NCBI GenBank assembly: GCA_964187785.1
Contig: OZ076410.1
Coordinates: forward strand, 85,312,001-85,376,000
Direction of reading: 5' to 3'
Length of the DNA: 64,000 nt
DNA from: Amphiscolops sp. MND2022
Taxonomy: Eukaryota
Below the pieces are notes generated by a model. It had not been told where the DNA came from. It did no database searches and was given only the letters and a program-made list of their open reading frames with translations. Made by a program: the position numbers and the translations under genes. Positions 23,101 through 35,100 of this stretch are shown here, in pieces (within the stretch, counting starts at the first letter, position 1; the number at the start of each line of letters is the position of its first letter).

Positions 23101-26100
23101 CTTTGATGTAGCTATCACCGCTAATATGTTGTTGTTAGATGACCATGATCATGTGTTTTTTCTGAAAACTTGTATATGATTAGTAATGTAAGAAATGTGA
23201 GTGTCATCCTCTCAAGGGTATGTATACTGGCATTTTCCTAGAGAAGGAGACAAGTTGTTTTATGTTTCTACTGTTCAGTTCATTTATTATCCAGTTTTGA
23301 AATATCACGTTTCCCGGTGAAATTAATGTATTATTTTGCTCGGATTTTCTTCAATGCCTACTATCAGGAAACTGCTAGAAAATCAAGAGGACTCGAAATG
23401 TTCTAAGAAATTGAAAACCTAGATATCGTGTTAGGAGGAAATCACTTTAACGCAAGGCAAAAAGATGAGAGCCTGAACAGTAACTTAGCTAGAAGGCCCG
23501 AAAGTGCCATTAGTAATGATTTCGAAAAGGATCATGAAAATACTCATGTGAATCCAAGAGTTGTTGTTTCTGACAATTGTGCCGAGTCAGACTCAAATTC
23601 AGCCACTGCTAACTCTAGTGATGAGACTGTCTAGCGAATTGAACTCGAGATTATCACGAGAGTTGGATGAGATGATGGGCAGTGTCAACACTCAGATCCA
23701 AAGGGCTATCAGTGATGCGATAAGTAACCTGATTTTGCCTCAGATGCAAACTGCCCCTAGTGCCGGATCAGGTCACTTGACACAAAATAGGTAGAACGTT
23801 CCGTTCGAGAGACCGGATGTTAATCCCGAAGAAACCTATGGTGAGAGAACCAAGAAAAATACTAGATGTGAGCAACGTATTGATTATCAAAGTGTTAGTC
23901 AATCACAGCCGCGTGCTTACCACAATATGCAACCCAAACAAAAAGTTTTCAAATATTGAGAACAGCCAGCTTTATAGGCTAATGCAGCCACATTCGACCT
24001 TTTGTAGCTGCGAACGATACATTGCAGGTCAGAACTACTTTAAGCTCTAAGCGGAGTTAAAGACAAACTATAGTAACTCAGTTTGTTCTCAGGCACTCCT
24101 TAGTTAATAGCTAACTCTTTTGCTTTAACAGTACCCACTTTGCAGTGTGATTCTCAAATAGTTCGAGAAAAACTACCAATGTTTCAGCAGAAGCTGCCAA
24201 AAATTGACGATTGCAACCATGTTTTCAATTTGGTGATTGTATTGGACCAGTGGTTGAAGAATATCTTGTAATTTCATCAGTGTATGCGTTAATTGACTAT
24301 ATTATCCTAATTTTCTTTTTATGGCTCCAGGCTGACCATACTCTGGGCCATAAAGTTTTATGGTTCGAGGCTGATCATAGACTGAACCATATATGGCCCA
24401 GAATATGGTCAGGCTGGAACCCTAAACTTTGCTTTTTTTATTGTTCCAGGCTGATCGTAGACTGGACCATATATGTCCAGAGTATGGTCAGCCTGGAACC
24501 ATAAACGTTTATGGTCCAGAGTATGATCAACCTGGAATCATACTGTGAGTATGATGGCAGAATATGATTGACCTGTTTTTGTATGGGAACGAAACACGGG
24601 AAAGCTTTTCAATTGGATCAATGTTTACCCCACTTTGTAGACTGCTAACACATTTTTCAAAAATAAACGAGCTTCTGAAAAAAAAACAATTTTGAAAATT
24701 TCTGAATATTCTAACCAAAATTCCAGAAAGGGAAACCTCAAGAAATGTACGTTTCCCAATATGAACAAACGCATGTACGCATACATACATACGTTATGTT
24801 ACATACATACATACGCATATGATATGTAAAATTAATACACATGTAATGTTGCTTGCCCTTTGAAGATATATATGTAAATGGACGTTATACACGGAAACGA
24901 GAATGTCAATCCAATTGAGCAAGAACTTTCGAATAAGATTGGGAACTCAGAAACTCACTGTGACGATGAATCTAATTCGCAACCTAGGGAAAATGGTCTC
25001 CATGAAAATGGATGTCTATGATGCATAGTCAAATAAATAGAGCATTTAGTACTGCAATAGCTGAAAGAGTAATCCCGGAAATTCAAAAGATTGTTAGCTC
25101 AATGTCTTCTTCAGGAAATAGGGACACTGAGGCTAGTTCGTCCGCTAATAGTCAGGGAAATACAGAAGCGACCATTGGGTTCACATCTATAAATACAAAA
25201 AATGACTCGCGATGTGCCTGTGACCTCAGAGACAGCAGGGACCGTAGTCCGTATAGTGAATGACGTGACTGTACATCAAAAATATCTTGAACGGAAATGC
25301 TTCAAAAGATCTCCAAGATATTGATCTACCAGATTGAGCAGATCAATGTTTACTGATTGTCTTAAAAATCTCAAATTAGAGCTGCCAACATTTCCAGGGT
25401 CTAAAAAATATACCCATGGCTATATTCACAGTGAGTGTTTTCCGGAAATTATACGGATCCCGATGATGAATGGAAAAGAAAATTTTGGAAAACGATGCAA
25501 CCCAGTGCAGAGAGATGTTACAAATGTGAATAGCCATTTTGGCGGTTTTTAAAATCCTTGTTGTGTTGAATGAAAATTCGCAGATTGAGAATGAGAAGGT
25601 GGTCCTTTCTGGATGCCGAAATCAAATAGTAAGAACAGACTATCGGATAGTTCTCATGATGAAATCACTCAAAAAAATTGTTTTTCTTCGTTGCTAAGTT
25701 ACTCCTGAATAATTCATGAAATCAATTCTGCCAGATGAAAAATGGTTTCGAGACCATTTTGTTGTTTATTTTGAGAATCATTAGTTTTTTTCTCATTATA
25801 GAACTTCCGTTTTTGATTTTATCGATACATTTGATGTTTTCTTTTGACGGGTATCCAGTCTTGAAACCACTTGCTCTCCCAGTCTTTAAATTATATATTT
25901 TAACCATATTTTTCTTGGTGATTCTTCAGCGATGCTATAATGAAAGTGCATATTTGTGTTTTCTGTTTCGATCACCTGCTCAAATATCCGGCTTTGATAC
26001 ACTTCCGTTGGGAAACAAGCTGGTATGTTTTATGAAATAAACAAGTGCTTCGGTTGTAAAATACTTCTCAAGTTATTAATAATAACACAACTACTGTGAA

Positions 26101-29100
26101 AAAACGTGTTGTAAGAATCTTGTCAAGAACCCCAAGAATGTGTACAATCTTAATAGATTTTGCCCAGAGTCTGGAAGGAAATGTAGGAAAAGTGAACAAA
26201 AATGAAGAAAAACCGGCGTCAACTGGAGCTTGATCAGCTTATCTAATATGATGCAGCTGCTCGCACTTCCAACGAAGCTATTACGTCCTGAATGCCAATA
26301 CTTTGAGTAGTGCAACCGACACTTAAAAGAAAGATAGTATAGCTCCAGTGTAGTCGTTCGAACATTAGCAAAGTGACTGTAAACAAAAAACATCTATTTC
26401 GCAAGGTATTCACTTTTGTGAGAATTTGGATAAAACTTTCAAAGATTTTTCAGAGGTTTATAGGAAGCAAGATTAAATAAGATTTTACAAAGGCTTTCAA
26501 ATGTGACCGGGAATGTGTAAGAATATTCAAAATCTTGGCAAAAATTGCAAGTTGAAATTCATGCCAACATTTTCCATATTTTTACATCCATCTTCCCGGT
26601 CACATCTTGAAGAAATTTTGTTATTGGTAGTTTTATTTAACATAATATGACGAGTAGAAAATAATACCTCCTATTGGTCTCTCTTAGTGACTTTAGAGAC
26701 GCCAATGAAGAGCCAAATCTCAACGAAAGTGTGCGGGACTTTTCTGGCTAACAAACGCTCTTCATTTAATTAACTGAAAACAGAAACGTCAAAGGCATTT
26801 TTGGTAGACATTTGGTAGATATATAAAACGGACACAGTGCCGGAAACACCCGACACGTGACCGTTTGGTACCGTCTTATCTTGTAAACGGTGTGAAAGCG
26901 TGTTATATGCATTTTTGACTTGCTCCACGGCGGTATAACATCGCTGAACAAAAAAGTGGACTGACTATCTTCAGTAGTGTGAGACTGGATAAAAGAAACA
27001 ATCCGGGAACTCTTAAAAGAACAAGTCGGCTCCCCGTTTTAGACTGAAAAACAGCAAGCACTTCAAAGCATAAAGGATTCATTTTTGAATGATTTCTCAA
27101 TTCCAGAGTACCAAACAAACCCAGAGGCGAGCTTTTTTCGTCATAAAATGCCTTACTGCTTTCAGTCTGGCCAAACCAACTTGAATTAGAAAACCAAATC
27201 TTTTGTGCTTTATTTTTCTTCAGAAAAATTAATCACTTCAAACGAAACGTCAAACCGCCAGAGAAAGAACAACCGCGTCCAAAAATTCCTTTCAGCGCTG
27301 AGAAAACTTTAATACGCACTGGAAAGTTCTATTTTTCAACAATCCGAACTGTCCTAAAATATGGGGCGGATCATTGTTATCGTTACCCGACCTGAAAAGT
27401 GCTTAAACTTTCGCAACTGCCTCCAAAATATTCTTCCCGGAACCTCTGATGCGCCTAGCGCTAAGCAAAGTTGAGAAAATGTCTCTGAAGTTTTCGTCCT
27501 CAGAAATGACAAAAAGAGCTGAAACTTTACAAATCTACACGACCGATGGTGCCTTATCCCTAACTGACACAGCTATTTCTCGGCTGACTTCAGTGGTACT
27601 TTTAATTCTAGTGATGAGACGCGTTTGGCCCTTTTTTGCCTGCTGTAACGTTTCTTGGAGTCACCCTTGTAACGAATTGTGAAAACGTGCTTCCACAAAA
27701 TATGCTTCCATTTGACCAATCCAAGAGCATTGTGGGTACCCACTGGCAGTGACTATCAAGTTTGGTGTCGGTTGATACAATATACTTGTTGAGAAATTAA
27801 TGGAAACAGACCACACAAAAAGGTGCGGAGAAAAGCAACTTTTTTCGAAGAATTATCGGCTTTGCTTGGACACCTCAGTCAAAAACTGGGTCAAATTGCT
27901 GCCCACCATTGTAATCTTTGTTCTTTGCTGTATCGGGGCCAAAAAATACGAGCTTGCCAGACCGGGATCTTGGATTGCACGTAAAAAAACAGTGGACATT
28001 GAAACACAGTGGAACAGAACGTCTGTACTGTGTTGCAATTGTTATAAGTCGCTTTTGCCGAAATCAGCAATAATCCAGTGCACCTGAGTATACATGTGAC
28101 TGCGCGGTCAAGTCTTGGCCCAATCATAACTTTCAAGCTCTACGTTTCTGTCTAACGATGAAGCTACTTATTTTCAAGTGAGTCTGAAAAAAAACACGGA
28201 AAAAACCTCTAGCCTGACTGGCGACTAATGCCCCAATCCAGGACCCATTTTCGGTTCACTACATTAGTGGTGCAGAGCAATATATTTTCAGCACGCTGCG
28301 ACCCTCAGAACGACTTTTGATAGTTCTCGGACGTGCCATTTTTAATTTCCAGACTTAGATTTCACCTAGACGAAAACTAAAATTTTCGTAGGAGCCGAAG
28401 TCTACTGGTGAACTAAAGTTAAACGGCGGGGTCACACTACTGTCCAGAATTGTAACAAGAGCCAGTTGTTTCACTGTTAGCGATAAGGCTCTAAGCTGTG
28501 AAAAAAAACTGAAATTTCACCTTAAAAATCACGAACACTAGGACATAGTGGTACGGAACGTCTTACCCGTCTCAAACTCTCAGCCAAATGTCTTCACCCA
28601 AATCAACGATTGGTTACGGGTACCCGGTTGTAGGTAGAATCATGTGGCCAATTTCGAGACCAATTCTCCGTTTACAGCCTGTGTGCGAGCCACTTCAATG
28701 TTTTTCAAGAAAATCGGATTGTCAGAAAACAATTGAAAAAGACTCTATATTGTCTCTGGAGACCAGGAACATCTTTGAGAGGCTAATTTTGAAACTTGTA
28801 TGAGTGAAAGAATAAACCGTGTAATTTTCAGTTCGTTACAACGTTTTCAACTAAACTTGACTCTCACCAGACACTCCTTTTGTCAAAAACCCTAACATAG
28901 TCTCACTAAACGATTAGTGTGAAAGGTCAACACTTTCTTGTACTGTACCGAAGATGGGGACAAAAGGTCTTCATGTTCTAACAGAAGGGACATGGTAGGC
29001 TTTCCTGGTTGCGAATGAGGCAAAATCCTACAGCTAAAGAATTGCCGGCAGGGGTCATAAACATTCGTCTCCCCTGGGCATGAAAACTCGATCTTGAGAA

Positions 29101-32100
29101 AACGAATAGGTTCCAAGTTTTAACGGGCACTCCGGAATCAATTTTGCATCAAAAACACCTCTGGGCACTACGCTTCGAGCCTGTACAGGGTTTGGAACAT
29201 CTAGAAACTACCCCGAAATGATGAAATCAACCAAAACGCCGAGATTTTCAAAGTAGTAACGTCCTTGCGGCAAAAACTTTGCCGGATTGCTCAAGTGTAA
29301 AACACTCTTGACCGCTTTAGTGCCCGAGTTTGGTGTAAGTCAGTTGTGTCAATTAGTACAAGCACCAAAAATTACGTCTGTTGTGCAAAGAATCGCAACT
29401 CGCCTAGTGTCATAAGGAAGAGAGGTCAACATACAAATCGAATTTGTGTTTGGTACGCACTATTCAACTCTACTGGAAAATTTTGCTTACGAGCAACATT
29501 TTCCAGCCCAGAGAGCAGCGTGTCAGCATGCTCGGACCTCTAGGACCCCCTCTGACTCCGACCCGCAGACTATTTGACTATATTCGGGTTCACAAGTGAA
29601 GTGCTCTAAAGTCAGAATGAAGCGTTGGAAGGCAATCGAGGGCCTACATTTCTTTTTCAAGGAAGGGAGGAGAGAACTCCAACACAACTCATCAAACTGA
29701 TGAAGCTGTCCCAATTGTACAGAATGAACCCGGAATGACACAAAAATTAACGAGACCAGAAGATCAGAACGGCGGAGACGGGCCACCGGAGAATAGTTTC
29801 AGGGATGCCTCCTTTTTTTCTGACTCAAAGCTGTTACCCAAGGGTTACCGAGATGGAGAGGGACACCAGGCCAATTGTTGATTCGTTTTTGTTCAATTTA
29901 ATGTTATTGATAACGCTTCAATTGACATTCGGTTAGTTATTTACCTTGGTTCAAACAAACGGCCGCGGCAAAATCTTTTGAAAAATGCGTAAAGCTTGAA
30001 GGCTTCAAATTTTGGCGAAACTTGACAATATTAAAGAGGTTAGCAGGTTGAACACAATTTGTTGCCGCGTACTCAATTGACAGGTACTTGGTTGCTCAAA
30101 TTGCGACAACTCATTCTTCAACACAAAATTTTGAAATGCAGGCGAAGCGCGATCTACTTAATTTCTCTATGTCAACGACTCCACCCATTGGAAAATGTAA
30201 GGACGATGCTCAAACCTTTTGTGGAGAAGAAACATCCGGAAACAAAAGACGAATTCATTCAGTATGCTCAAGAAACTCAAAATGTAATTTCGCCTGCGGT
30301 TAGGAAAAATTTGATGAGGTTCGATGCCGACACGTTAGGCGTTTGAGCCAGTTTTGAAAACGAGGGAAAATTTGTAGAGAAATGGACTGGGACAGAATAG
30401 CACAGGCAAAGAAGCAACAAACTCAATTTTTGTTATTTTATTTTGTTTGCTCAATGCTCAGAAAAAACTGTTTTTCCAACGGCTACTTTTTTGGACCAAG
30501 GTATAATTTTATCCTTACAAATTACCCTTGAAAATAATTTCATCTTTACACGTGGACTGGTATTATTATTGATCAATTTCGATTTGAAACAAAGTTACGT
30601 CATATTTCCAAAGATGACTAGTTTCAACCTTGGTGAGCTGCAACAATGGCATTTTTCAAACCTGGCATGAATTAACCGTTGTGAATTGGGGATGCTGGAG
30701 AAAGCAGCTTGAGTAAAAAAAAAATCTGAAAAACAAGTCTTGAATATGTTTACTCTTACAATTTCATCAGGAATTTGACAAATTTGTTCAATTTCTGACA
30801 CAATTTTGATCACCTTACATTCAACCTGAAGCCTAATCTGAATAAAATCAATTAACCTTGTCAAATCAAAACTTTTTTGCCGTTGTTCTTCAGGTACCTC
30901 GAATTGATCACTATGAATGGCTATGTCGACTTTCTGCCCGGTTCCCACTAATTCCAAGTCCAGCCAAATACGAGTAGCATTGCCTGTGTTTTCGGTGATT
31001 GAGACATTTTGCGTGTATATGCTGACGTTGACCCATCTCATTTCACCCACTTTGCCGAAAAAGCTGTGTGGGTACACTCGGGCACTGAAGATGGACCCAG
31101 GCACCTGTGGGGGTACTGTAATCAAATCATTCGTACCCACAACTGTGTGGACTTGTGTGGTGTCCGTCATTATATGCAGTTCCTGAAGAATAATAAGGAC
31201 GTGTCACTTGTCGACGACATATTATTGTTCATGACTTGGTCTTCCATATACAAGTGCTTCCACTGGTGAAATTCTCGAAATTCCAGTTTCGACATTGTTT
31301 GAGCAAGGTTGGACAAAATGGAACGCCCAAAGTCGGCGCTATATCTAAGCCTCAAAAAGCCTTCAATTTTAAATCATACGTAGGACATTTTCATGAAAAA
31401 CCTCGGCCTCCTACTTGGAAAAGGCAATATCGCTCGAATATTACGTCAAAATTTCAGAGAGTATTGAGAATTTTTTTCTTGTGGGTGTAATTTGGACCTG
31501 ATTCCAGACTAAAAATGAGAATATTGAAACAGTTTCATAAGACTGTTGGTTTCAATAACTTTCTAACAGATCTGCGTTTCATCCAGCATTTAATTTCTGC
31601 ATCGGAAGTTTTTACGTGTTATACATGGTTTACCGCTGCTGCATCCTGGCGTTTGGGACTGTTATACGGTGTAATACCGAACCGATTCCTTCGGTTGACA
31701 ATGTCAATCAAACTTTGATCTTTTTATAGTCCTAAATGAGATTTATGTTTATATACATTTGTAAACATTGTGCTAGATCTTTCGTGCTAGAAATACATGA
31801 TTTAGTTACCGTAAAACCTAGAGAAAAGATCGTTTTGACATTGCTTTCTGTTCGAAGATATATTTTACAAAACACTGTTTTTATTGTCTAACCAAGAAAT
31901 AGAACATGGCGCAGTCAGCAAATTGAAATTACCCAAGAATATTTCAACAAAACAAAGAAAATGACAGAAGAAAGCAAGATTGAAGTACCGAATTTCGAAG
32001 CCACATCAGACGGAAAAAAGATATTTAAACCGAAACAATGGCTCGAGAGATTTCGGCAATACGCAAAAAGGAAACACAAAATGGACATTACCGAACTGAT

Positions 32101-35100
32101 ACGGGGAGCCGAGATGACACAAACCGGTTGGTCCGGAAAAGAAACAGAAATCCAAGAAGACTTCATATGGGGAACTGACCACGAAGCATTATACCAAATG
32201 ACCCGGGCAGAATATAAAACCGAACCTGACAAAATAGCGGTAAAAGACCTAATCCGATTATTCAATGAATACTTCTTACCGAAACGAAATACCTATCACA
32301 ACCGAGGAGAATTCTTCTGGACAAGACAAACCGAATCCGAAACACCAGAAGACATTTGGCGGAGACCTATAGAAATAGGAAAAGAATGTGCATTTGAGGG
32401 AATAACAGCCAAAGACTTATTGATTTCAAAATTCATGACCGCAATTACGGACACGAAACTTCGGGATAAACTAATGAAAGAGAAGAAAATTCGACATGAA
32501 TGCTCAAAGACAAATATGGGTCCCCTCAAGGCCGAACAAAAGAAGCAGGGAGGAAATTGCCGAGATAGACGGTGAACTACTGTCACGGGCAAACAGATTT
32601 GGGGGAGGATACAGACCCCTAGAAGAAAGGACCGAAGAAGAAGAAGAGCAAGAAACGCAACAACCGGAGATATTGGAAGAAGCCGAACCCGAAAACGAAG
32701 GTGAGAGCCATGTAATCCGGGGTGATAACTTCCCAATCGTCGACTTGAAGGCATTCAACACCGAGGGGAAGGAAGCCCAATTTATACAAATAAGTCAAAG
32801 TGATCGCCAAAATCACCGGAAACAAAAAATTAACCGAAGAAACAATTAAAAAAGCCGAATTCGATTTCATGCTCGATCTCAAAACACTGATAGCAAAGTC
32901 AACCACGGACGCGGAACTGAATAGAGTCAGAGACGCAATGACACGAAATGAAAAGAACACGGCCCCAGAAGCATACCGAACAACATTTGAGAAACTGAGC
33001 AACAAGTGGGGGCTAACCTTCAACGACGACCGAATAATCGTGCCAACTATTGGGAGAAGCTACTAGAAACACTGCACTTCGGTCACGCCGGATACACAAA
33101 GATGGCAGCGGAAGCCAAAATATTTTGGTGACCAAACATGCAGAAAGAGATCGAGGAGAAAACAAAAAACTGCGTGGCATGCATGGCATCTGGTAAGAAT
33201 TTAAAATACCAAATACCGAAACGCGAATTCGGAAAACTGAAAACACTAACGGAACCGAGATAAGAATTTCAAATAGACTTTTCCGGAAAATTAAACAATA
33301 AAAAATTAAACGGAGAACATCAAATCTTAATCGCGGTAGACAGATTCAGTAAATGGCCAAATGCGAAAATTTGTAAATCAGCGGAAACTAAAGAAGCCAT
33401 AAATTTTCTGAAACAAAATTTTAACTTATACGGATTACCGGAGAAAATAAAAACGGACAAAGGCGGAGCGTTTATCTCAAAAGAATACAAAGAATTTTGC
33501 GAATCGAAAAACATTGAAATTGAATATAGTACACCGAGAATTCATACCGGTACGGGAGCAATAGAACGCGCAATACAAACGCTGAAGAACTTAATAAATA
33601 CTAACCTTGAAGAAAACATATGTCTAACCGAATGTGTAAATAAAGCGCTAAACGTGATGCGCTTTACAATACATACGGGAATGAAAATCACACCACTTGA
33701 ATTACATCACGGTCGTAAACCGAGAACCGAACTAACGAATGTAATTAAAGACGGAAGGTCATTCCTATCTAACTGGTCGGAATTACCTGTTTCAGCAAGC
33801 AACAGACCAAAAATTCCAATCTACATTACCAGAAATGGTGACGGAGAAGTATCAAACCATCTCGTGATGGCCCGAACTAAAAACGAGGAAAAAACGCTAG
33901 CCGAAAAATCCCCGAAGAAGAAAAATTCGGTTGGTACATATCCTTTTCAATTCTTCGAAAAGAACCATAATAAAAAATCATTGGAAAGGTAGATTCCAAA
34001 CAAAATTACAAACCGCAGTAAATGGTACGGAACATACCGTAACCACCGATATCGGGAAAGTAATCCACCGAAATTTTATTTCGGGTCCAATTGTATTTCA
34101 GAAAGAGAAGAAAGCAGCACCGAAAATTGGAGACAACATCACTCCCAAAACCCGCCATTGCCTCAGAGGAGTCGACGGTAAATATATACAATGGAATGAA
34201 ATCCTGACAGACGTACTCAACGGAAAGCTAAAAATCATTCCGAACCCGAGGACCGGACCAGACTCGGAAAGCGAGGAAGGCGAGATAGATGAGGATGAGA
34301 GCCATTTCGAAAATCACGACACCTCCGAAAAAGACGGCTGCTACCGACCCATAACAACATCCCCCGAGGATGAATTGAACCTGCATACCGACGGCGAACT
34401 AAACACCGGTGAGACAAAATTTGAAATTAATACAACCGAGAACGAAGGAATGAGACGGTCAAACCGTGAAAGTAAACAACCGAATAGATACGGGGGAGTC
34501 ACATATACAAAACACTTTTGGACATAATTTTAATATAAAACCTTTTACAGGCGAACAATGGAACATCAGGAAAGAGCCCCCGAAACCACTGACGAAACCA
34601 GCAGACTTCATCCGGGAGAAAACACCGACTCCAGGACCGTCGAAGCAATAAGCTGAAAGAGCTTAGAGGAGAGGGAATGTTATACGTTGTAATTCCGAAC
34701 CGATTCCTTCAGTTGACAATGTCAATCAAACTTTGATCTTTTTTTAGTCCTAAATGAGATTTATGTTTATATACATTTGTAAACATTGTGCTAGATCTTT
34801 CGTGCTAGAAATACATCATTTAGTTACCGTAAAACCTAGAGAAAAGATCGTTTTGACATTGCTTTCTGTTCGAAGATATGTTTTACAAAACACTGTTTTT
34901 ATTGTCTAACCAAGAAATAGAACAGGGACAAGCTAAAAAAGTGGTACATACTGGGTGAGCTCTGTTTTCCGACGAGAAAAAGAGAAAACAAGAAGGGAAC
35001 GTCTAAAGTCGGCGCTATATCTAAGGCTCAAAAAGCGCAGAGTTTTCTAAATATGCCCAGGATGTATTCATGAAAAGCTTTGAAAACACTTTCGAGACAC

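Larger units (their letters stand above)
11438..23924 (+). mobile_element. Gypsy LTR retrotransposon provirus with 1.85-kb LTRs and accessory ORF cassette; decayed, with an internal deletion
   Basis: Direct repeats at 11438-13283 and 22061-23924 with TGTCG...ACA ends. 5-bp TSD ATATG at 11433-11437 and 23925-23929. PBS-like TGGTGACA; PR-RT-RH-IN order. Confidence 0.95.
11198..24600. mobile_element. Foldback/MITE-like element (about 0.9 kb net) with 33-34 bp subrepeats, split by the Gypsy provirus
   Basis: Left end CCCGGGTTTC...CAGGCCGATCATAATCTG resembles the reverse complement of the right end (CCCGTGTTTC...CAGGTCAATCATATTCTG). Subrepeat GATCGGCCTGGAATCA..TGGTCCAGAGTAT occurs at 11286-11398 and in both orientations at 24320-24560. 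Confidence 0.55.
31660..34924 (+). mobile_element. Internally deleted, non-autonomous Gypsy provirus with 247-bp LTRs
   Basis: LTRs at 31660-31906 and 34678-34924 (6 differences). TSD GGGAC; PBS TGGCGCAGTC (tRNA-Ser type as in Drosophila 17.6/297, by inference); PPT AGAGGAGAGGGAA. Gag start and integrase are present; no protease or RT motifs. Confidence 0.95.

Noticed and set aside
30595-30856. Continuation of the 191-aa ORF beyond the donor as coding sequence
   Set aside because: It loses FN3 character. The phase-2 donor at 30857 joins the 11130 exon into a proper FN3 repeat.
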